A DNA stretch of 64,000 bases from Bacteroidales bacterium (GCA_035403225.1 DAONET010000002.1:62443-126442); one strand, 5' to 3'; shown: positions 18,496 through 28,235, counted from the stretch's first letter. Notes: generated from the letters alone by a model not told the origin. Program-made: numbers and translations.

Positions 18496-21183
18496 TCAGA
18501 GATCTTTCGCTACATCAACCGTCATATCGCCCGGTGTGGTCGTGATCCGGAAGTTTCTCTTTTTGAAGACGGATATCATCCGTTTATTATCGCTGGTTGT
18601 CTGAGCGATAATTTTTTTCAGATTCCATGTTCCGGCTATCTGAAGGCAGAAATCGGTTATGATGTTTCCCAGGTCTTTTTGTTGCCAGGCATCGGCAATG
18701 AGGATGGCGTATTCAACAGACTCATGGTCGGGATCGGCGATAAGCCGGCCTACTCCGATGAGTTTTCGCTTCCCCTCTTCCACAATCTCGGCCACGATGG
18801 CGATCTCCCGGTCATAGTCGATATAACAAAAGCGGGTAGCCACCTCGTGCGACTGCCATTGAAAGAAATAACGGAAACGTGAGTAGAGTGATTCTTTTGA
18901 ACAACGTCCGAGCATTTCAAGCCACAAGGGTTCATCTTCGGGTTTGATGGGACGAAGAATCACGGGGGTGCCATCCTGCAGGGTGACCCGGGAGACGTAC
19001 TTTTCGGGATACGGATGCAGAGCCAGGTGTGAATAATCGGGATTCTCCTTCGGGGAGACCGAGCGGTCAATGACTACGCGCGCGTCGAGCGCTATCGCAT
19101 CATCGGCGTTTACCAGCAGCGGGTTGATATCCAGTTCGATGATCTCAGGGTAATCGGCAGCCAGGTAGGAAAGGCGGATCAGCGTCCGCTTGAGTTTCCC
19201 GATATTTTTTTCCGGGCTTCCCCGGTAGCCCTTCAACAACGGGTAGATCTTCAACGATTCGATCATGCGGCTGGCGAGGCGTTCGTTCAGGGGAGGAAAC
19301 CCCAACGACTTATCAGCAAACAACTCCGCAGTCACGCCACCCATGCCCGCCAGGAGTACGGTTCCGAAAACCCGGTCTTTCTTGATCCCGAGGATCATCT
19401 CCACGGCATCCTTCGATGAAACCATCTTCTGCACGGTCACCCCGTCGCACCTGGCCCCGGGCTTGCCGACATGTACGTTTTGCAGGATCCGTTCGAACCC
19501 CGATCTCACCGACTCCGCATCAGCCAGACCCAGAAGAACGCCGCCGGCATCCGACTTATGGGAGATATCGGGCGATTGTATTTTCAACACCACCGGAAAC
19601 CCTGTCTGAACCGCCTTTTCAACCGCTTCTTCAGCAGTCTTCGCCAGCACCGGACGAGTGGTTGTAATGCCGTATGTCTCCAGGATTTTTTTTGATATCT
19701 CTTCGGAAAGGACATTCTCCTTCTCGCCGGTGAGTGCCGGAAATGTCTCCCGCAAGCGCTGGCGTTCAACCGTAAACTCAACCGGTACGTCTTGCGGAGT
19801 CTCATACAGGATCTCCAGGTTTCTTGAATACTCTACCAACGTCATGAAGGCGCGGATGGCCTGCTCGGGTGTTTTATAGGAAGGCACTCCGGTTTCCACC
19901 AGAATATCCTGAGCTTCATGCATGCTTTTACCTCCCAGCCAGGCTGCCAGAATCGGCTTTGGAGTCGCTTTTGATAATTCAGCTACCTCTCTGGCCGTTG
20001 CTGCAGGATTTGTCATGGCCTGTGGAGTAAGAATCACCAGCACGGCATCCACACCCGGGTCTCCCAGGACAATCTGTGTTGCTTTGGTGATCCGCTTGGC
20101 CCGGGCATCACCAAGGACATCCACGGGGTTGCCGTGCGACCAGAACCCGGGAAGATGCTGGTTGAGTTGCTCCAGGGTGGCGGGAGAAAGTTCGGCCAGA
20201 ACACCGTTGGAGGAAATCAGGGCATCGGTCGCCATCACCCCCGGACCACCGGCATTGGTGATGATGCCAAGGCGGGGCCCCTGGGGAAACTTGTTCCGGC
20301 TGATCAGCTCGGCCACGCTGAAGATATCGCCAATCTCGTACACCCGCGCCAGACCTGCCCGCTGAAAAGCGGCGTCGTACACGGCATCTTCCGAAGCCAT
20401 GGCTCCTGTATGCGAAGCCGCCACCCTGGCCGACTCGGGAAAACGCCCGGCTTTGTAAACGATGATGGGCTTCCTGCGCGCAAAGGCCCGGGCTGCAGTC
20501 ATGAATTTCCGCGGGTTGCTGATGGATTCTATATACAAAATGATGCAATGCGTATTCTCATCTTCCCCGAAATAATCGATCAGGTCGCCGAATTCAACAT
20601 CGATGCTGTTGCCGATGGAAACAAACTGGCTGAAACCGATCTTCCCCTCCATGGCCCAATCCAACACCGAAGTACACAACGCCCCCGATTGCGAGATAAA
20701 GGCAATATTGCCCTGCATGGGCATGCCGGCAGCAAAACTGGCATTCAGCTTCATGCCCGGGGCAATAATACCCAGACAATTGGGACCGATTACACGCATC
20801 CCGTCATACTTCCTGATCAAGGTTCTGATCTCATCTTCCAGCTTCCGCCCTTCTTCCCCGGCCTCTTTAAAACCGGCTGACAGGATGATCAGTCCCCGGA
20901 TCCCCTTATCACCACATTCCCTGACCATGCCCGGAACTTTCTCTGCGGAAGTGCAGATGATACCCAGGTCGGGGACTTTCGGGAGACTCATGATGTCGGG
21001 GTAACAAGGGATCCCCATGACCGCTTCATGATCGCGGTTCACCGGGTACACAACTCCCCGGTATCCCCCTGAGACCAGATTGATCAAGACCTTTCCACTG
21101 ACACTGTTCGGGTTCGTAGTCACCCCGATGAGCGCAATCCGTTGCGGTTTGAATATATTATTCAGCTTATGAATATTCATCAT
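18496..21183 (-). CDS. Bifunctional ADP-forming acetyl-CoA synthetase-family / GNAT N-acetyltransferase (Pat/YfiQ-like protein acetyltransferase)
   Basis: About 895 aa. It has a CoA-binding N-domain (IALIGVT...VYPVN), succinyl-CoA-synthetase-like and ATP-grasp domains and a C-terminal GNAT domain. The likely start is MMNIHK at 21183, not the ORF-track start at 21219. Confidence 0.85.
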   Translation of the reverse strand: MMNIHKLNNIFKPQRIALIGVTTNPNSVSGKVLINLVSGGYRGVVYPVNRDHEAVMGIPCYPDIMSLPKVPDLGIICTSAEKVPGMVRECGDKGIRGLIILSAGFKEAGEEGRKLEDEIRTLIRKYDGMRVIGPNCLGIIAPGMKLNASFAAGMPMQGNIAFISQSGALCTSVLDWAMEGKIGFSQFVSIGNSIDVEFGDLIDYFGEDENTHCIILYIESISNPRKFMTAARAFARRKPIIVYKAGRFPESARVAASHTGAMASEDAVYDAAFQRAGLARVYEIGDIFSVAELISRNKFPQGPRLGIITNAGGPGVMATDALISSNGVLAELSPATLEQLNQHLPGFWSHGNPVDVLGDARAKRITKATQIVLGDPGVDAVLVILTPQAMTNPAATAREVAELSKATPKPILAAWLGGKSMHEAQDILVETGVPSYKTPEQAIRAFMTLVEYSRNLEILYETPQDVPVEFTVERQRLRETFPALTGEKENVLSEEISKKILETYGITTTRPVLAKTAEEAVEKAVQTGFPVVLKIQSPDISHKSDAGGVLLGLADAESVRSGFERILQNVHVGKPGARCDGVTVQKMVSSKDAVEMILGIKKDRVFGTVLLAGMGGVTAELFADKSLGFPPLNERLASRMIESLKIYPLLKGYRGSPEKNIGKLKRTLIRLSYLAADYPEIIELDINPLLVNADDAIALDARVVIDRSVSPKENPDYSHLALHPYPEKYVSRVTLQDGTPVILRPIKPEDEPLWLEMLGRCSKESLYSRFRYFFQWQSHEVATRFCYIDYDREIAIVAEIVEEGKRKLIGVGRLIADPDHESVEYAILIADAWQQKDLGNIITDFCLQIAGTWNLKKIIAQTTSDNKRMISVFKKRNFRITTTPGDMTVDVAKDL

Positions 21184-21293
21184 CAATGGATAAATGGTAT
21201 CACCCTCAAATGTAATCAAACAAATGAAAATTGAAAGACAGATATTCAGGGAATTATAAGTTTCTTTGCGAAAAATTTTAACATCTTTTACGA

Positions 21294-22625
21294 ATGAAAA
21301 AAATAGTTACCGCTGCCCTTTGCGCCATGGCGATTGTTCCCGGATCTTTCCTCCGGGGTTTCAGCCAGGATGCCGGCAGCAAAGAAAAGCCTTTTGGCGT
21401 CAATTTTACCGGTTATGTAAACTGCGATGTTTTCTTTGATTCCAGGCAGACAGTGATGTCGCGAGAAGGACAATTCCTCTTTTACCCCGAAAAAAAGAGT
21501 CTGGATGCGAACGGACAGGACATCAACGCGAAGGGGACTTTTAACATTCTCAGTATACAAAGCCGTCTCACCGCGAATATTACCGGACCCGACATCCTGA
21601 AAGCACAAACCTCCGGCGTGATCGAAGGAGAGTTTTATGGGAATATCAACCCCAATATCAATACCTTTCGTCTTCGCCTGGCCTATATGAAACTGAAATG
21701 GAAATCGACCGAGCTTTCCCTGGGTCAGAACTGGCACCCGATGTATGTCCCCGGTTGCATGCCGGAAGTCGCCTCGCTGAACTCGGGCGCTCCGTTCTTG
21801 GTCTTCTCCCGGAACCCGCAGGTGCGCATCGCACAGGATTTCGGGAAAATCCGGTTCCAACTGGCCGCCATCTCCCAGCTTGACGGTACCAGTAATGGCC
21901 CCGACGGTCCTTCTGCAAAATACCTGAGAAACTCCCTTCTCCCTGAACTCAATGTTCTCTTTCAGTTCAGTTCGAAGAACGAAAAGGAAAACCGGGAATT
22001 CACGGCCGGCGCCAGCATCGATTACTTTATGCTCACCCCGCGTCTCTGCACCGAAGTAATTCTCAAACCCGCAGTCGACACAGTGATCAACAGCATCGTC
22101 AACCACCAGGATGCGGTGGTGGCCACCTACAAAACCGATGAGAAATCGTACGGCCTGACTGGAAATATCTATGCGAAAATGATGTTGCCGAAAGTCACCC
22201 TGCGCCTTGGCGGAGTGTATGGCACCGACTGCTATGCTTTTAACATGCTCGGCGGTTATGCCGTGAAAAGCATCATCGACACCGCCACCGGCGCCATGGA
22301 TTACACGCCCGTCAGAACTGCTTCGGCATGGATCGATGTTAAAACGAACGGGAAACACTGGCAACCGGGACTCTTTGCCGGTTTCAGTAAAAATCTCGGC
22401 GCCGACGCTGAAGTCGCCGGTCCGCTTTATACACGGGGTTGCGACATCGACTATCTCTACCGCATCTCGCCGCGTGTAACAGTCAGGGTTAGTAAACTCC
22501 GCCTGTCGACAGAACTTGAATATACCGTCGCAGCTTATGGAACTACCGACTCAAAAGCAAGAGTCACCAACGCCAAAGAAATCGGCAATTGGCGCCTCCT
22601 GATGGGAGTCTATTATTACTTCTGA
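21294..22625 (+). CDS. Outer-membrane beta-barrel porin
   Basis: 443 aa with a signal peptide. Amphipathic beta strands alternate throughout, and the C-terminus ...GVYYYF ends in an aromatic residue. Confidence 0.65.
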   Translation: MKKIVTAALCAMAIVPGSFLRGFSQDAGSKEKPFGVNFTGYVNCDVFFDSRQTVMSREGQFLFYPEKKSLDANGQDINAKGTFNILSIQSRLTANITGPDILKAQTSGVIEGEFYGNINPNINTFRLRLAYMKLKWKSTELSLGQNWHPMYVPGCMPEVASLNSGAPFLVFSRNPQVRIAQDFGKIRFQLAAISQLDGTSNGPDGPSAKYLRNSLLPELNVLFQFSSKNEKENREFTAGASIDYFMLTPRLCTEVILKPAVDTVINSIVNHQDAVVATYKTDEKSYGLTGNIYAKMMLPKVTLRLGGVYGTDCYAFNMLGGYAVKSIIDTATGAMDYTPVRTASAWIDVKTNGKHWQPGLFAGFSKNLGADAEVAGPLYTRGCDIDYLYRISPRVTVRVSKLRLSTELEYTVAAYGTTDSKARVTNAKEIGNWRLLMGVYYYF

Positions 22626-23137
22626 TAGGTCCGCGGATCAAGAGCCCGGGGATTCCACATCTTCAGGAAGTTGATCACCTTGGTCGTATCGTATCCTTTG
22701 GTCTGGCAATGTTCAAGCACGCCTGAGTCCTGGATGTGCAGTTCCCTGCCATCTCCATCCAGGATCACAAAGACCGGATAACCGAAACGATTCGGGTAAT
22801 TATACTGTCTGAAAAGTTCATTATCGCGTTTTTCTTTTTCCCGGGGCACATTGGCCAGCACGTACACATAATCAGCTTTCATCAACGAGTCGATAGTCCG
22901 TTCACCGCCTGCCATGGCATGAAACCGCAGACACCAGGGACACCAGTTCCCGCCGAACTGGACCAGCACATGTTTGTTTTCGGTTTTTGCCTGCTGAATG
23001 GCCGCTTTCAGATCGGCCCGCACATCGGCATTCTCATTATAGGGCCGCTGCACCTGATCCTGAGCCGCCACGGGAAAACAGTTGAAGGTGATCGCTGCGA
23101 AAATCGCTACGATCACCAGTGTTTGAATCTTTTTCAT
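22616..23137 (-). CDS. Secreted thioredoxin-fold protein (CxxC)
   Basis: 173 aa with a signal peptide and motif GGNWCPWC. Its start abuts the stop of the upstream Kbl-like gene. Confidence 0.8.
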   Translation of the reverse strand: MKKIQTLVIVAIFAAITFNCFPVAAQDQVQRPYNENADVRADLKAAIQQAKTENKHVLVQFGGNWCPWCLRFHAMAGGERTIDSLMKADYVYVLANVPREKEKRDNELFRQYNYPNRFGYPVFVILDGDGRELHIQDSGVLEHCQTKGYDTTKVINFLKMWNPRALDPRTYQK

Positions 23138-24385
23138 TTACAATCCGTATCTTTCGATGATCTCCTGTTTATTCTTTCCGAGGATCTCATATTTCTTTCC
23201 AACTTTTCTAAAGGCATCCAGGGCTTTCTCGAGATGATGAGTCTCATGCCCGGCAGAAATCTGTGTCCGGATGCGCGCTTGTCCCTGAGGCACTACGGGG
23301 AAGAAGAATCCGATAGCATAGATCCCTTCTTCGTAAAGGTCGCGGGATACATCCTGTGAGAGTTTCGCATTAAAAAGCATCACCGGGACAATGGGCGTGT
23401 CGCCTTCTTTAATAATAAAACCGGCATCTTTCAATCCGTTCCTCCAGAATTCCGTGTTTCTTTCAAGCTTATCGCGCCGTTCGGTGGTAGCTGACAGCAG
23501 CTCCAGCACCTTGATCACACCGGCGACCACCGGTGGAGCAATGGTATTGGAGAAGAGGTAAGGACGCGCTTTCTGACGGCACATCTCCACCAATTCTTTC
23601 CTTCCCGACACACAACCGCCGGAAGCTCCTCCCAGCCCTTTTCCAAAGGTGGTGGTGATGATATCGATCTTGCCCATCACCCCGCATTTTTCATGCGTGC
23701 CGCGGCCGGTCTTGCCGATAAAGCCCGTAGCATGGGAATCATCCACGAACAACAGCGCATCGTATTTCTCACACAGGGCGACCATCTCATCGAGTTTGGC
23801 CATGTCGCCATCCATCGAGAATACCCCGTCGGTGATCACAATCTTCAACCGTTTGTCGTTGTGAAGCTGCAGCTTCTCCTCCAGGTGTTCCATGTCGGAA
23901 TGCTTAAAGGTATCGTGCATTGCACTGCATAAACGGATTCCGTCAATGATGGAGGCATGAACCAGCCGGTCGGAGATCATTACATCATCTTTGGTCAGCA
24001 CCGCTTCAAACACGCCACCGTTGGCATCCATACACGATGGAAAGAGAATGGTGTCCTCCGTTCCGAGGAACTTCGTCACCATCGATTCCAGCTGTTTGTG
24101 GATATCCTGGGTTCCGCAGATAAACCGGACAGAAGACATACCGTATCCACGCGAATCCAATCCCTCGTGAGCGGCTTTCACCACTTCGGGATGACTTGAA
24201 AGGCCAAGGTAGTTGTTGGCACAGATGTTGATCACCTTCCTTACAGATGATCCTTCCGGAAATTCCACTTCAATATCGGCTGCCTGGGCCGAGTGGATGT
24301 ATCGTTCCACCTTGAACAAACCTGCGTCTTTCAGGCCGCTCAGGATCTCGCTGTACATCCCGCGTGTTTTGTCGGTGTATGCCAT
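23138..24385 (-). CDS. Alpha-oxoamine synthase family PLP enzyme (diverged Kbl/glycine C-acyltransferase-like)
   Basis: 415 aa. Motifs are NFCANNYLGL-like INICANNYLGL, VRFICGTQ, DGVFSMDG, VDDSHATG, the PLP-Lys region TTFGKGLGGASGG and RPYLFSN. The minus-strand reading has an AAGGAGG box 4 nt upstream of the ATG. Confidence 0.85.
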   Translation of the reverse strand: MAYTDKTRGMYSEILSGLKDAGLFKVERYIHSAQAADIEVEFPEGSSVRKVINICANNYLGLSSHPEVVKAAHEGLDSRGYGMSSVRFICGTQDIHKQLESMVTKFLGTEDTILFPSCMDANGGVFEAVLTKDDVMISDRLVHASIIDGIRLCSAMHDTFKHSDMEHLEEKLQLHNDKRLKIVITDGVFSMDGDMAKLDEMVALCEKYDALLFVDDSHATGFIGKTGRGTHEKCGVMGKIDIITTTFGKGLGGASGGCVSGRKELVEMCRQKARPYLFSNTIAPPVVAGVIKVLELLSATTERRDKLERNTEFWRNGLKDAGFIIKEGDTPIVPVMLFNAKLSQDVSRDLYEEGIYAIGFFFPVVPQGQARIRTQISAGHETHHLEKALDAFRKVGKKYEILGKNKQEIIERYGL

Positions 24386-24394
24386 AATTCCTCC

Positions 24395-24637
24395 TTATTT
24401 TAAATATTCGTTGACCAATGAACAGATCTTGTTGACCGAGTCGAATGCCTCGGGAGTGGCTTTATCATCAGGAATGGAAATATCGTACTTGTTTTCAAGG
24501 AACCGTTTCAGCGATACCATCGAGAAGGAATCGACAATGCCGCCTGAGATCAGCGGTGTGTCGTATCCGACTTCTGTATCGTCTTCCACATATTCTCTCA
24601 CAACATATTTCCTGATGACTTCATTCATTTCTTCCAT
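24395..24637 (-). CDS. Stand-alone acyl/peptidyl carrier protein
   Basis: 80 aa and acidic. It has a phosphopantetheine-Ser motif (GGIVDSFSMVSL), and an AAGGAG box lies 8 nt upstream. Confidence 0.75.
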   Translation of the reverse strand: MEEMNEVIRKYVVREYVEDDTEVGYDTPLISGGIVDSFSMVSLKRFLENKYDISIPDDKATPEAFDSVNKICSLVNEYLK

Positions 24638-24685
24638 GGGTTTTTCTCCTTTTCTTTAGTATGTTTTTGTTTATATTAATGTAGA

Positions 24686-26428
24686 TCAATCATTCTCAAG
24701 GGTTGAAGTATCGCCGATCTCCTCGCCCCATTCTCTGGCATGCAGGATCCGTCGCATGATCTTCCCGCTTCTGGTCTTGGGCAGGGCATCAATGAATTCG
24801 ATCTCCTGCGGCATCGCCAGCGGGGAGAGTTTCTTCCGCACAAAGTTCATGATATCGAGGTCAAGATCTTTTCCGGGGATGAAACCGGGTTTCAGGGTCA
24901 CGTAAGCTTTCACCACTTCCATGTTCACGAAGTCGGGTTTGCTGACCACAGCCGATTCTGCAACGGCAGGGTGTTCAAGCAGGGCCGACTCTACTTCGAA
25001 CGGGCTTACCAGGTGTCCCCCGGTGTTGATCACATCGTCGTCGCGTCCCACAAACCAGAAATAACCTTCACTGTCGATGCTGGAACGGTCGCCGGGAAGG
25101 TACCAGCCATTCCGGAATTTATTGTTATAGGTCTCCTCGTTGTTCCAGTACATTCGCATCATCGAAGGCCAGCCGGGTCGGATGGCGATCAGTCCGATTT
25201 TTCCGGGTTCCGCGAAGGGTTCGTATTTCTCGGGATCAATGACGGTGGCCGTGATGCCCGGAAAGGGTTTGCCCATGGAACCGGGTTTGATCTTCATCCC
25301 GGGATAATTCGAGATCATGATCGATCCGGTCTCCGTTTGCCAGTAAGTATCCAGGAATGGCTTGCCAAATACTTTCTCCGACCAGATCACCGCTTCGGAA
25401 TTCAGGGGTTCACCTACCGATGCCAGATGACGCAGGCTGCTGAGGTCGAATTTTTTCACGATCTCATCACCAGCCTTCATCAGCGAACGGATTGCAGTGG
25501 GAGCCGAATACCACATCGTGATACGGTGCTTCCCGATAAACCGGTACCAACTTTCGGCGGAAAAACCCGAGTCTAGCACACATTGTGTTACCCCGTTGCT
25601 GAAGGCGCCAATGATGCCGTAAGAGGTGCCGGTAACCCAGCCCGGATCAGCTGTGCACCAGTAAATGTCGTCATCCCGTAAATCAAGCACCCATTTGGCG
25701 GTCAGATATTGAGAAATGAGGGAATAATGAACATGTTTCACCCCCTTGGGCTGACCGGTAGTACCAGAGGTATAATGCAATACCGATGGGGATTCTGCTT
25801 TTGTCGGGTAGATCTGAAACGTTTCGGCCGCAGGCAGCTCCTCCATATTCATCGCTACTTCACGCTCCTGGAGAGGCTTTCCCGGTTCCTGGTCGACAAT
25901 GATCATATACTTTAGCCAAGGCAATTGTGCCAGGATCTTTCTTACCTTGGGAGCATGTTTCTTCTGCGTGATAATGACCTTGGTTTGTGCATTTTCCAGC
26001 CTGACCAGCAATGATTCGTCTCCGAAGGCCGAAAACAATGGCTGGGCGATGGCGCCAATTTTCAGAATACCCAGAAACCCGATATAGAGTTCCGGAACCT
26101 TATCCATGAAAAGGCATACGCGGTCTTCAGGTTGGATCCCGAGATCACGCAGGTATTGCCCGATGGAATCCGATAACCGGCGGATATCATCATAGGTGTA
26201 CCGCTTTTCAGCGCCGGTACTGCCTTCCCAAATGAGGGCCTGCTTATCGGCCTTCCCCATGCGGCATATCCGGTCAGAACAGTACCACCCGATGTTGATT
26301 ACTTGGCCGGGCTGGTAATCAAGTTCCTTCTCCGCTATACTCCAGTCGAAGTCTTTGATTCGTTCGTTGTATGATCCGATGTTCGACATATGCAGATTTT
26401 TGGTTAATACTTCCAATCTCATTGTCAT
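24686..26428 (-). CDS. AMP-forming acyl-CoA/acyl-carrier ligase, AcsA (acetyl-CoA synthetase)-like
   Basis: 580 aa. It has the AMP-binding motif YTSGTTGQPKG and the C-terminal PKTRSGKIMRR. The layout resembles short-chain AcsA enzymes. Its start overlaps the acpS stop by 4 bp. Confidence 0.85.
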   Translation of the reverse strand: MTMRLEVLTKNLHMSNIGSYNERIKDFDWSIAEKELDYQPGQVINIGWYCSDRICRMGKADKQALIWEGSTGAEKRYTYDDIRRLSDSIGQYLRDLGIQPEDRVCLFMDKVPELYIGFLGILKIGAIAQPLFSAFGDESLLVRLENAQTKVIITQKKHAPKVRKILAQLPWLKYMIIVDQEPGKPLQEREVAMNMEELPAAETFQIYPTKAESPSVLHYTSGTTGQPKGVKHVHYSLISQYLTAKWVLDLRDDDIYWCTADPGWVTGTSYGIIGAFSNGVTQCVLDSGFSAESWYRFIGKHRITMWYSAPTAIRSLMKAGDEIVKKFDLSSLRHLASVGEPLNSEAVIWSEKVFGKPFLDTYWQTETGSIMISNYPGMKIKPGSMGKPFPGITATVIDPEKYEPFAEPGKIGLIAIRPGWPSMMRMYWNNEETYNNKFRNGWYLPGDRSSIDSEGYFWFVGRDDDVINTGGHLVSPFEVESALLEHPAVAESAVVSKPDFVNMEVVKAYVTLKPGFIPGKDLDLDIMNFVRKKLSPLAMPQEIEFIDALPKTRSGKIMRRILHAREWGEEIGDTSTLEND

Positions 26429-26808
26429 GAAGTCATCTTTTCAACAATTACCATCGCATTAGCTACTTCGCGAATATGGGAGAGTGTGAGGTGGATTTCT
26501 CCTGCGCCGGCTTGATCCGCCAGTTCCCGGGCACGTCCGCCTAAGCGGATCATGGGTTTGCCCAGACTATCGTGAACGACCTCGATCTCGATGAAACGGA
26601 TTCCATCGCGCCAGCCTGTGCCAAAAGCTTTCATCCAGGCTTCCTTGGCCGCGAAACGCGCCGCGTAATGCTGGTATTTGTTTCTCTTCGACTCACAATA
26701 CCGGATCTCATCCCCGGAAAAGATCTTTTCCCGGAATCCGATATCCTGTTCCATCACTTTCTGGATACGGGAAACTTCGATGATGTCTGTTCCTATTCCG
26801 TAAATCAA
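26425..26808 (-). CDS. acpS: Holo-[acyl-carrier-protein] synthase (4'-phosphopantetheinyl transferase)
   Basis: 127 aa. The N-terminus MIYGIGTDIIEVSRI and the motif FAAKEAWMKA are typical of AcpS. Confidence 0.9.
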   Translation of the reverse strand: MIYGIGTDIIEVSRIQKVMEQDIGFREKIFSGDEIRYCESKRNKYQHYAARFAAKEAWMKAFGTGWRDGIRFIEIEVVHDSLGKPMIRLGGRARELADQAGAGEIHLTLSHIREVANAMVIVEKMTS

Positions 26809-26882
26809 CTGGTAAATCGGCTATAAATAATTATCAGTCATGAAAGATAATACGAAAAATAGAAATTATCATGATTGCTGTT

Positions 26883-26922
26883 AAAAAAACTTCCCATCCC
26901 TCCTTTTCGGGAGAAATGGGAA
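26883..26922 (-). terminator. Rho-independent terminator downstream of kbl (minus strand)
   Basis: On the minus strand, the hairpin CTTCCCAT...ATGGGAAG, with inner pairing CTCC/GGAG, is followed by TTTTTTT (plus-strand A-run 26883-26889). Confidence 0.7.
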
Positions 26923-26951
26923 GTATTATCATGATTTCGCCGGGATGATGA

Positions 26952-28148
26952 TTAGATAGCACCCAACTTTTTCCCCACTTTCGTGAACTTTTCGATAGCG
27001 AATTCGATTTGTTCTTTCCTGTGGGCAGCGCTGATCTGAACACGGATCCTTGATTTCCCTTTGGGGACAACGGGATAGTAGAAGCCGATGACATAGATGC
27101 CTTCTTTAAGCAGCTCGTTGGCAAAATTCTGCGAGAGCTTGGCATCGTCGGGAAGATGTCCGAAGAGCACGGGAACGATAGGATGTGTGCTGTCGATGAT
27201 CCGGAAACCGGCATCTTTCATTCCTTTTCTGAAGATTTGCGTATTTTCATTTACGCGGTCGCGGAGTTCGGTGGTGCTTGAAAGGATATTCAGCACTTCA
27301 GCGGTAGCGCCTGCAATAGCCGGGGAAAGGGAGTTCGAGAACAGGTATGGCCGTGAACGCTGACGAAGCATTTCAACAATGGCTTTTCTTCCCGAGATAC
27401 ATCCTCCGGATGCTCCACCAAGTGCTTTTCCGAAAGTAGTAGAGATGATATCAACCCGGCCCATGGCGTTGCAATATTCAATACTTCCACGTCCGGTCTT
27501 ACCGATAACGCCGGTAGCATGTGAATCGTCAACCATAACCATGGCGTCGTATTTTTCAGCCAGGTCACAGATTTTATCAACCTGGGCAATGATTCCATCC
27601 ATGGAGAATACGCCGTCGGTAACGATCAGTTTGAAACGAGCTTCACTGGCATCCTGCAATACTTCTTCCAGGTCGGCCATGTCGTTGTTCTTATACCGGA
27701 AACGTTTTGCTTTGCAAAGTCTTACTCCGTCGATAATCGAAGCATGGTTTAATTCATCGGAGATAATGGCATCCTGCTCACCCAGCAAAGGTTCAAAAAC
27801 CCCGCCGTTGGCATCGAAAGCGGATGAATACAGGATGGTGTCGTCAGTTCCTAAGAACTCACTTACTTTTTTCTCCAGGTCTTTGTGCACCTGTTGTGTT
27901 CCGCAGATGAACCTCACTGAAGATAATCCAAATCCAAATCTGAAAAAGGTGTTGTTTGCGGCCGCCATTACCCGGGGATCTGAGCTGAGCCCGAGGTAAT
28001 TATTGGCACAGAAGTTCAGGACTCTCTGTCCGTTGGTCATGATCTCCACATTCTGCGGAGTAGTGATGATCCGTTCTTCTTTGTATAAACCGTCGTTTTT
28101 GATACTTTCAATCTGTGATTCCAGATACTGTTTGATCTTTCCGTACAT
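26952..28148 (-). CDS. kbl: 2-amino-3-ketobutyrate CoA ligase (glycine C-acetyltransferase)
   Basis: 398 aa. By recall it is near-colinear with E. coli Kbl: GLYKEERII, NFCANNYLGL, VRFICGTQ, NHASIIDGVRLCKAKR, DGVFSMDG, VDDSHATG, FGKALGGASGG, RPYLFSNS and FYYPVVPKGKSRIRVQISAAH. Confidence 0.9.
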   Translation of the reverse strand: MYGKIKQYLESQIESIKNDGLYKEERIITTPQNVEIMTNGQRVLNFCANNYLGLSSDPRVMAAANNTFFRFGFGLSSVRFICGTQQVHKDLEKKVSEFLGTDDTILYSSAFDANGGVFEPLLGEQDAIISDELNHASIIDGVRLCKAKRFRYKNNDMADLEEVLQDASEARFKLIVTDGVFSMDGIIAQVDKICDLAEKYDAMVMVDDSHATGVIGKTGRGSIEYCNAMGRVDIISTTFGKALGGASGGCISGRKAIVEMLRQRSRPYLFSNSLSPAIAGATAEVLNILSSTTELRDRVNENTQIFRKGMKDAGFRIIDSTHPIVPVLFGHLPDDAKLSQNFANELLKEGIYVIGFYYPVVPKGKSRIRVQISAAHRKEQIEFAIEKFTKVGKKLGAI

Positions 28149-28235
28149 AATAAGATGTCTTTAGATAGTTGCACAAAATTACAAAACTCTTGGGTGAAAA
28201 CGTCTTATATTTGAAGCAAATTCAATAGAAATCTC

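Noticed and set aside
21288-22364. A 358-aa minus-strand ORF antisense to the porin gene. Similar long antisense ORFs occur at 6392-7396, 4979-5677, 20134-20880, 53764-54375, 24740-25576 and 37946-38680.
   Set aside because: These are shadow ORFs inside well-supported genes on the opposite strand. Their translations are low-complexity, rich in Arg, Gly, His and Asp, and have no recognisable motifs.
23138-28148. Whether the two Kbl-like genes are serine palmitoyltransferases for sphingolipid synthesis.
   Set aside because: Both are closer by eye to Kbl than to Spt. The associated ligase looks like a short-chain AcsA enzyme rather than a long-chain FadD type, and no ceramide synthase or reductase genes are adjacent. 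It is kept as one alternative under the finding rather than as an annotation.
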